DNA of 64,000 bases, from assembly GCF_009914755.1 (NCBI RefSeq), contig NC_060947.1, one strand, 5' to 3'. Of this stretch, positions 49,523 to 64,000 are shown piece after piece (positions within the stretch are counted from its first letter, which is position 1; each line of letters opens with the position of its first letter). Position numbers and translations under genes: made by a program. The notes under the pieces were generated by a model. That model saw only the letters and a list, made by a program, of their open reading frames with translations. It did no database searches and had not been told where the DNA came from. The DNA is from the human T2T-CHM13v2.0 reference genome, Homo sapiens.

Positions 49523-50689
49523 CAGAGAAACACTCTTTTTCTATGAAGATTGCTAAACTGTAGAAAAAGCCTGCCTCAAAATGAATCCAACCTGGGGTGA
49601 GGAGAGGACAAGGAGGAAGAGGAGGCAGGAGAAAGGGAGAAAAATTTCACATCATTATTTTAGCACTTAGTGTAAGCCATGCCAGGATCTCTTGGTTTCA
49701 ACCCATCAGTTCTCTTTTGGAGAAACTCAGGGCTAGTTGAGTTCCTGCCTAATACAGAGGCAGCTGAAGAGTTCATTGAAGTTGCAGAGAGAATTTGCTG
49801 AAAGACAAAGATCTTAAAAACACAAAGATGAGATGGAGGCAACTAACCAAATATGAATTGGAGGAATGGCATGAAGCCCAAAAATGGCATCAGAAAGGCA
49901 GAGAGAGTTTAGGATTATTAAGTAAACACGCAAAAACAAGACACAATTCCTTTCTTTTATTCTCTGAGAAAGAAGAGACAAAAAGTTACAGGAGTATTGG
50001 TTGTTCCATAAGTTGATAGAAGGAAGGCAAAACTATTCCATTTCTTTTATCTTATTTTTTCATTGAAGAAAATTAATTTCAAACTGAAAAAGTTAGAACA
50101 ACGAAGATCAGGAAAAAAGAGAAACCCTGGACACTTACAAAGATCAGAGGTTATATCAGTCTGAAAATAACTTTTGCTGATTTAAACAGAAAAGGAATTT
50201 ATTAAAAGAAAATTGTGTAGCTCACTGAAACTTTGGGAGGGCTGGAAAGCTGGGCAGAGGCTGAGGGGCAGGAATGTCGCTCTAAATCACCCCACATAAA
50301 AGCCTATTGAGGACTCAGTTGCCACCATCACTATGTAATAGATGATACAGTTTCTGTCAGAACTACCACAGCATGGGACATTTCATGCTGCCACTAAGAC
50401 CCTGTCTCTGCTTCCCTGGGAATTCGATCTTGAGACAGCCAAACTTTCCACCCAAGGTGAATCTCCATAGTCACAGATATTTGGCATGGTTAGCTTCAAT
50501 TCAAAGCCTGATAGTACTGACAAGAGCATCTGATTGGCAGAATGTTGTCATGTACTCACATCCTAGCTGCAAGGAATGTTGTGAAAAATCTGAATGTGGC
50601 ATTTTCAATTATGTAAAAGGAAGTGAGGTCTGACCTCCACTAAATCTCATGAAGTGAGAATTCCAAGAAATAATTGTCATGACAAAAGT

Positions 50690-51735
50690 CATTAACCTTT
50701 CCCTCTATGTTTTCTTCTAGGAGTTTTAGCATTTCAGGTCTCACGTTTAAGTCTTTATTCTATCTTGAGTTTATTTTTGTATATGGTGCAAGACAAGGAT
50801 CTGATCATTCTTTTGCATGTGGCTATACAGTATTCCTACCACCTTAATTGAAGAGAGTATCCTTTTCACATTGTTTATTCTTCATAGTTGACCATATATG
50901 GGCAGGTTTATTTCTGGATTTCTAGTCTGTTTCATTGATTTATATGTCCGTCTTTATGCCAGTACCATACTGTTTTTTTATTACTGTGGCTTTGTAATAT
51001 ATTTTTAAATTAGGAAACATGAAGCCTTTAGGCAGGGTGCAGGTGTACCATTGTGCTGGCGGGGAAGGGAAGGCTAGGTCTGCCTGGGCATATACGCACC
51101 AGCATAGCAATGTGGAGGGTGGCCATCAGTGCAAACGAGCTGTTGTGTATTTGTAGAGACCACTCTGCTGGAGCACTCTGCCAGTCAGGTGTGGTCCAAC
51201 AACAGCTATGAGGTGGGCCCCAAGTGGCACCTGGCAGCTGTGCTGCAAGCAGTTGTGGCCAGGCTGGGGCCCCACAAGAGGCCAGCAGACTGAGAGGTGC
51301 TCAGGTTGGACTAGATCTGTCTCATGGGTAAGACTGCCCTGTAGAGTTCAGGTCTGAAAGGTCCCCTAGGGTTAAGTCTCCTATGGGAGCAAATCTAGCC
51401 TAGGGGGATGCACATCTCTGACTGTTCTCCACTACAGTTGCTTCCACAGGACAACCTCTGTTCTCTGCCCCTGGCTGGAGTTCTGCCCCTACTACTTCTC
51501 TAAGTAACTTTCCCTGCCAACTCAAGTGTCCGTGGTGGTCGAGGGGTGTCCTCCTGCTGAGATTTCAAAGGCCCACAATGAGAGTGTGTTGCTCCTTGCC
51601 TGTTAAACTCACCCCCTCTGTCGGAGTCATTGGGGGCCAGGAACACGTTCCAGTGCGCAATAACCCTGGGAAGTGTTCCTAGCTTCCTCCCACTTCAGCC
51701 CAGCCTCCACGTTTTCCCTCCGTCTGCTCTGCTTA
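50690..51735 (-). mobile_element. L1 fragments (ORF2 piece 50690-51025; GC-richer 5'UTR-like piece 51030-51735)
   Basis: TTTAAGTCTTTA..TTGAGTTTATTTTTGTATATGGTG; CTGTCTTTATGCCAGTACCA-like L1 antisense motifs. Confidence 0.55.
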
Positions 51736-53984
51736 CAACTACAGGATAAGAACATGGCAGCACTGGGATATGAACTCATTTCTGCTTATCTCCAAAGGCC
51801 TTGCTCATTCATGCAGACTCTCAGAAATGAAAAATAATTCCCTTCATCTTTGTTAAATCACATGTTCCTACAGACAAATTCTCCAAAGCTTTTATGAAAC
51901 CTATGTGATGCTGTAATACCATTGATTACTACAGTATTTATGAAATATACCATTCATAGCTTTAGGCTACACAGGCACAGCTACATATCAAGCTCTCTTG
52001 AATTCTCTCTCTTTCTAAAACCTATGAATTTGAAGTCAGGATATTTTCAGAAGTCCAACTGGTGTTAAAAATCCAAATAGATCAAACATCGTTTCTGTTT
52101 ATATCTGTGTGACAACTAATACCAATGGGTGTAATTACAATGTGGAAAAACCCACATAATTTCTGAGGAAAGTTTATTTCACTGGAAGTAGCCGTTACCA
52201 ATAAGCAATAGAAACCCTAACCAGTGGCTCTTATTTTGCAATTACACTTTTTCATCTTAATTTTAGTATATGTGCAGCCAAAGCAAACACCACTTTTTCA
52301 TGTTAAGCAATGGCTAAGACTGTGTGTGATATAGGTGAAGGCTATCACCAGATAAACACCATCAAAAAGTTATTTTTTATAGTGTCTTTGGGTTTTGATT
52401 TTTTAGTATCCTTCTTCCTTTCCAACTCCATCCTCCTCTTCCACAAATATAGGTTTAGTATTAATTCTAAACTAAATGATGCCTGAGGCATTAGGCACTA
52501 CAATAAGTAATCCTTTAAGTCCCACCAGAATTTGAGTTTGATGATATGGTGTCCATTGTGTAGATGAGGATACATCCTCCGTGAAGTGCAAGGTCACATA
52601 ACCAAATGTGAAAAAGTAGGTCTGTCTCTTGCTGAAAGGAACTGAACATTGGATGCTGCTGCATGAAGCCCAAGGCTTCAGTGGACAACCTCAGAAACCA
52701 GTAACTCTGAGCCATATGGCATGATATTGGCCTCCCAGAAGTCTGAATAATATGTATGGGGATTTCCCAGATTTTGAAGGCATTAATGACTCATTTCTCT
52801 AGGATACCGATGTAAGTTCTTCAGTGGAAGAAAACTGGAAAATGAGTGTCTTTGTCTACAGACATAAGGTCTTAATAAAAGTAATCATGAAATTGACCTT
52901 GGTGGGGAGAGCAATGAAACAGGATTACATGGCCTGAGTGAAGTCCTAACAATACAAAAGATTAGGTACAAAGACACAAAGATAAGAAAAGGAATATTGA
53001 CTGGAGTCTGGAATGCAGGAGCATGTGTGTGTATGTGTGTGCATGTGTGTGTGAGTGTTTATGTACCTAGATAAGTTTAGCCTGGAGAATTAACAAGCCA
53101 TGCTTGTGTTTTACAAAAATACACTCAAGAAGAGACATGGGTTGGAAATTATTGCAGAAATACAATAAGAGATAGTGGTGACATGAACCTAAGTTTATGA
53201 TGATGAATTTGAAGAGAAATTATAGGCCTTGGCTTAGAAAGCAACATAAAAAAAGACTTGGTTCTTCAGGAACACAATGTCCACAGAAAAACTTCACTAG
53301 AAATAGAATTTGCACATAGACAGATGTATATCTCACTGCTTACTTGGATGAAATATATGCATATATGCCCATTTACAGATGGACTCTTTCATCTCTGAAA
53401 GAAAAAGTGCACTTCAGATCTACACTACAGATATATTTACCTACAAATTTACCTATACCAGACAGTTTTACCTGCTATGTTTTAAAAGTAAAGCAGTTGC
53501 TTAATTTATTACTTTAAACTTATGAGTGCATTTTAAATTGCTAAGAATGAAATGAAAATTATTTGAACTTGGACAGATATGTAAGGATACTTGATGTTGC
53601 TTGGTAGCTTTTCTCATACAGATCTATTTTGCACATGAGATTTGCCAGGGAGTTGAAGCTACCTCCTATTCTGCACCTGTTTATATGATTTGGTAATAGT
53701 CTTTTGTAGTGAAGGTTTATGAACATGGTGAAATGCATACATTCAATTGAGATGATAAAATGGCATAACTCAAGTTTCAACTATGATTTTGATAAATAGT
53801 TTTCAAACCAGTTTTGGGGGTTTGATGTAATCCCAAAGGGGAAGATAACAATTTTACTATTAAAAATTGTTAACATTAATTTGGCTATAGACTCCAATTT
53901 TTGGTTAACAAAATAATTGTCATAATTATTTCATTACAATTTCAATATAAATAGAGTTATAAGTTCTCGTTTTACTCAGCACAT

Positions 53985-54310
53985 TTTGGTGTTTTTGTTG
54001 TTGTTGTTGTTTGTTTGTTTGTTTTTTGCGAGGGGGTCTTGCTCTGTTGCCCAGACTGGAGTGCAGTGGCATGATCATGGCTCACTGCAGTCTTAACCTC
54101 CTGAGCTGAAGCAATCCTCCCACCTCAGCCCTCTGGGTAGATGGGACTACAGGTGCGCACCACCATGCCTGGCTGATTTTTGTATTTTTTGTAGAGACCA
54201 GGTTTCACCATGTTGCCCAGGCTGGTCTTGAACCCCTGGGCTCAAGCAATCCATCCACCTGGGCCTCCCAAAGTGGGGAGGGATTACAGGCATGAGCCAA
54301 TGTGCCCAAC
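53985..54310 (-). mobile_element. Alu (AluJ-type) with (TTTG)n tail
   Basis: Reverse Alu. Confidence 0.9.
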
Positions 54311-54337
54311 TCCATTTCTGTTTTTAAGAATAATTCT

Positions 54338-54343
54338 TTTATT
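54338..54343 (-). terminator. Candidate AATAAA for the FAM47 transcript
   Basis: TTTATT about 280 nt beyond the inferred ancestral FAM47 stop. Confidence 0.35.
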
Positions 54344-54662
54344 TCTGGTTTTATGTATTTTTACAAATAATTGACATGATAATGTAATATTCACAATGCT
54401 TCAAAAATGTGAAAAAGTATATGTGAATATTAATCACATAATTGATAAAATATATGAAATAATGAAGCCAAAGCAGGTCATTAAGAAATATTTATAAACA
54501 TTAGGTATTGAATTTACAGATGTTGCCAAAGTTGTACATCTACAGGGCCAGTCATCATAAATTCTGATTGATGTTTAAAATGAGAGCAAGAAATACCCAA
54601 TTAAGTAGTAAATTGAAAACCATCTAATCTTCTTCCGATACGTCTGTGACGTCTTCTTTCTA

Positions 54663-57741
<3,079 letters not shown>

Positions 57742-57743
57742 CT

Positions 57744-58624
57744 AAATTTACAAGAAAAAAATCAAACAACCCCATCAACAAGTGGGCAAAGGATATGAAC
57801 AGACACTTCTCAAAAGAAGACATTTATGCAGCCAACAGACACATGAAAAAATGCTCATCATCACTGGCCATCAGAGAAATGCAAATCAAAACCACAATGA
57901 GATACCATCTCACACCAGTTAGAATGGCCATCATTAAAAAGTCAGGAAACAACAGGTGCTGGAGAGGATGTGGAGAAATAGGAACACTTTTACACTGTTG
58001 GTGGGACTGTAAACAAGTTCAACCATTGTGGAAGACAGTGTGGCGATTCCTCAGGGATATAGAACTAGAAATACCATTTGACCCAGCCATCCCATTACTG
58101 GGCATATACCCAAAGGATTATAAATCATGCTGCTATAAGGACACATGCACATGTATGTTTATTCCAGCACTATTCACAATAGCAAAGACTTGGAACCAAC
58201 TCAAATATCCATCAATGATAGACTGGATTAAGAAAATGTGGCACATATACACCATGGAATACTATACAGCCATAAAAAAGGATGAGTTCATGTCCTTTGT
58301 AGGGACATGGATGAAGCTGGAAACCATCATTCTGAGCAAACTATCAGAAGGACAGAAAACCAAACACTGCATGTTCTCACTCACAGGTGGGAATTAAACA
58401 GTGAGAACACTTGGACACAGGAAGGGGAACATCACACACGGGGGCCTGTTGTGGGGTTGGGGGAGGGATAGCATTAGGAGATATACCTAATGTAAATGAC
58501 GAGTTAACAGGTGCAGCACACCAACATGGCACATGTATACATATGTAACAAACCTGCACGTTGTGCACATGTACCCTAGAACTTAAAGTATAATAATAAC
58601 AATAATAATAATAATAATAAAAAC
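57744..58624 (+). mobile_element. 5'-truncated L1PA4/5-like insertion inside the FAM47 ORF (antisense to the gene)
   Basis: Intact ORF2 C-terminal 200 aa (57795-58397; [16 protein letters not shown]), 3' UTR, (AAT)n tail; TSD CAAATAC[C/T]CAGTTCT at 57729-43 and 58625-39. Confidence 0.97.
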
Positions 58625-58634
58625 CAAATACTCA

Positions 58635-60520
<1,886 letters not shown>

Positions 60521-61559
60521 TCTTTATCCCCCTCCAGTCCAGTTGGAATCCTTGGTTTTCCTTTGAATCATATCAGTTAAATTCTTATCTCTCTTGTGAT
60601 GTTTAAAACGATACCTACGAAAAAGCTTTCTTTTAAAAAAATTATAGACAAATTCAGCTTGCATTATTCCTTTACCATATTTTCTCAGCACATAATAATT
60701 TTTTTCCATACATTCTTATCCATTTTTAAAAAGTTTTCTTATTTCCCTTGTTAGGTGCAGCTGAACAATATTTTCTACCATTACTAGCAGGTATACCCTA
60801 GTTCCTCCTTGTAAATGAGGCATGATCAATGCCTTTCTTGCCTTTGGCTCGTCCTCTGTAAAATAGGCACAATGTATATTCCTCTTAGGTTTCTCATTAA
60901 ATCCAAGAAATGGATTATGTGTAAATCAAGATAATCTATATAACATGATTTTGTATAGTATCTGGCACAGAATAAGCATCCAGTAAAGTACTGTTATTTT
61001 ATATAGGATTACTACAATTTGAAAATAAAATATTCTACATTCAATGTCTAAATAAAGGAGAAGCAGAAATCATACAGATCTATTTACTTGTCACAAATAT
61101 TTTCATTTATCAGTTATAAGAATCTGTTAAACTCTCAACATATTTGGTAGATTTTACAATGCATAGTTGGTAAGACCATTTTGATATGGATTTATTTTTA
61201 ACTTTCTTACTTGGAAAAATTCCATGGACTGTATGTTAAATTCAAGAGCCAATGCTTCAACAATTCTCTATAACAGTACTCTAACTAGCAAGCTCATATG
61301 AGTATTCACTTATCTAAAATGGGTGAGGGTTTGAATAAAACTTCTATATTTTAAATAATCCCAGAGAAAAACACACACTGAAGCTCCTAAAGGGCAACTG
61401 GGCATCTTCAAAATTTTTCATGTGACTGTTCATTAAAACAGTTTTTGTACCTTACAGCCACTTCATTTTTTTCACTTTTCAAAGTAGAATATTATACAAA
61501 AGACTCATATCCAGAATATATAAATAATTATTAAAATGTAACAATGAGACAACAGAGAA

Positions 61560-62750
61560 CACAAAACAAAAATGTATAATACATAGTAGTTTAACATGTA
61601 TAGAGATAAATAGCTAAAGAAATAATTATAGTTGTGTGTACATATTGGTTAGTATACATGCATATATTTTATAGTTCTGTCTGCTGAGAAACTCGAAAAA
61701 AATATCACCTAAGTAGCCAAAAGTACATCCAGTGTCCAGATCTTGGTTTCTAAATACCATTCTCCAAAATAACAAAAACAAAACAGAGATATCCTTGGAG
61801 AAATGAGTAATTCTAGGCTGGGGGCAGTGAAAACACAAGATGAGCCTGGAGTATTATGTAATGCCAGAAAATAGGAAGTTCTCAGAAAACAAAAGAATAA
61901 GAGCAGATCAGGAGCCAAACTAAAAGAGCATTCAATGGCCAAAGTTAAAACAATTTAAGCAACATGAGAATTAAACTTTAAAAATTATAACACAATATAA
62001 AATAAAATATCCATGAGTCCATACTGATACAAATAATTGTACAAATAAATAAATGACAAAAAGGTGCAACTCTGTCTTAGAAGAATTTCAAAAAATGTAC
62101 ATAGATACTTCTCCCCCCAGGAGGTGGAATTTAAATGCCCTCCCCAGAGTGTGGGCTGGATTCTAAAAAATTGAATATGGAAAGGGAAAAATAGTAACAT
62201 TTTAGTGGAGAAGCCTGGCAGTCCTCTCCTTAACCAAGTGATCAATGTTAATATCAGCAGTGAGAAGTCACGTTGGTATCATGCACTCCTCTGATAGGAT
62301 GTGCTGAGAAAGACTCCACCTCTGTAGTATTCTTTCCTAAAATCCAGAATCCTAGTCTAATGAGGAGAAAACATCTAACAAACCCAAGTCCAGGGACATT
62401 CTACAAAATTCTCAAGTACTCCTCAAAACCATAAAGGTCATGGGAAACAAGCAAAGTCTGAGAACCAGTCATAGACTTTAGATTAAAGAGACATGAAAAC
62501 TAAATTCAATGTGGTAGGCTGGGTTGGATCCTGGTGCTGAAAAGGGACATGGGTATAAAAAATCTACAAATCTGAATAAAGTCTGAAGTTTAGTTAATAG
62601 TAATATGTCAATGTTAATTTTTTAGTTTAAATACATGTACAATGTAAGATATTAATTTTAGGGGAAGCTGAGCAAAATGTGCATGAAAATGCTTTGTACA
62701 GTGTTTGCAACTGGTTCATAAATCAAAAATTATTCTGAAATAAAGGGTTT
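61560..62750 (+). mobile_element. Old L1MC/MD-type 3' region
   Basis: AAATACCATTCTCCA, TATCCATGAGTCCATACTGATA, CCAAGTGATCAA.GTTAA.ATCA motifs. Confidence 0.65.
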
Positions 62751-63790
62751 CCATTTTAAACTACATATTGCATCATGACAAATTATCAGCAAATCACTAT
62801 TAATCATACAAGAGAGAAAGGTGTAGCGTCTTTAAAATGCATACTTGTGGCCCCTCTCTCCTTATATATAGTAAAACATAATTTTTTCGAAGTGGAGCCA
62901 GTCATCTACATTTTACATGGTCTCTAGATTATACACACCAATATGTGAGAATTACTTTTCTAAAGCCCTGTGCCTTTTATAGGCCCCAAAGACTTTCAAA
63001 GATTTAAAAAACCACAGTAGTTATGGTATTATCCAAAGTCACAAAATTTGGAGAAAATTAAATTTCAGCAAGTGCTATATGGGAATGTAAAAATCAGACA
63101 GTGGAGCCTGTGGACAAAATAATTCACTTAGATACACGTACATAACTGGTGGACCCACAGGATAATGAAGTCATGATAGAAGAGTAAAGAAGATACAAAG
63201 TTTGGTGAGTACCTGACTGGCAGTGAAAAAAAACTAGGAGTGAAAGCAACTTACTTGTGCAAACAGCCCTTCTTGGGTTAAAGAAAACTGACATCACTAT
63301 AGAGTTCAGAGAAATTACAACTGGCCTGTTCAGTCAACAAGCAACAACTGCCTTAGTATGAAGTGTTACTCCAGAAATGAATAATGTAGCTTGCAAGCAA
63401 AACCAACATCAACAAGCTAATAAGTAATGTTCAAGGAAGTCAAAATGCTCTGAGCAGAGTAGCATGTAATGACTAAGTATATAAGAAAATTAAAATAAAC
63501 AATGAAAATCAATGTGATGAAGTGCATTGATTTAATGGAGTCAAAATAATCCCAGTTCTGACATCTTCGTGTGCCTCTGACTGCTCTTAGTTACCTACAA
63601 CCTTTACTGCAGACTTAACTCAGGACACCATTTTCATGCTCCAGCAGACTCATGTTATCTTCAACCTTGCTGCCTCTTCCACCCACATGCGGCACCTGCC
63701 AGCCTTTCTCAGATACTCAATCATTTTCATTCTGATCCAACCCACTTCAGAATTATTTTGCTTTTATTAGCTCTTGGTAAGTTTACTTTC

Positions 63791-64000
63791 TGTGATGATT
63801 AATTTTCTGTGTCAACTTGGCTAGACTAAGGTGCCCAATTATTTGGTCAAACAGTCTAGATGTTGCTGTGGAGGTATTTTTTAGATGTGATTTAACATTT
63901 TATACCAGTAGACTTTGAATAAATCAGATTTACCCTCCATAGGATGGGTGAGCATCATCCAGTCAGTTGAAGGCCTTTAGGAAAAAGACAAAAGATCCCC
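63791..64000 (+). mobile_element. MLT2-type ERVL LTR (runs off the window)
   Basis: TGTGATGATTAATTTT.TGTGTCAACTTGGCTAGACTAAGGTGCCCA..TCTAGATGTTGCTGTG.AGGTATTTT. Confidence 0.85.

Noticed and set aside
57795-58397. 200-aa ATG-initiated ORF
   Set aside because: It is the L1 ORF2 C-terminal fragment of a 5'-truncated insertion, not a host gene.

Overview
Primate (very probably human) genomic DNA, rich in interspersed repeats (Alu, L1, MaLR/ERV LTRs, MER, MIR/L2). Gene content matches my recollection of Xp21.1 between PRRG1 and LANCL3; this placement is unverified. (i) A direct segmental duplication (~4.1-9.75 kb and ~17.4-23.3 kb, period ~13.3 kb) carries an intronless FTHL17-type ferritin heavy-chain retrogene in each copy. 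Copy 1 (FTH1P19-like) has an uninterrupted 276-codon ORF from a strong-Kozak ATG. It encodes an Arg-rich, acid-free N-terminal leader, an E62K ferroxidase-site change and a hydrophobic tail gained by stop-codon loss. Copy 2 (FTH1P27-like) has two 1-bp frameshifts. Each copy also hides a separate short FTH1-like 3' retro-fragment. (ii) A three-part templated insertion at 23.9-24.3 kb creates a ~270-bp inverted repeat. (iii) A near full-length, 3'-truncated L1PA lies at 39.0-44.5 kb. (iv) A FAM47 pseudogene (FAM47DP-like, minus strand, 54.6-58.8 kb) has a PEPP-repeat array and is disrupted by an L1 insertion and four other lesions. Repeat subfamily names are by-eye calls.
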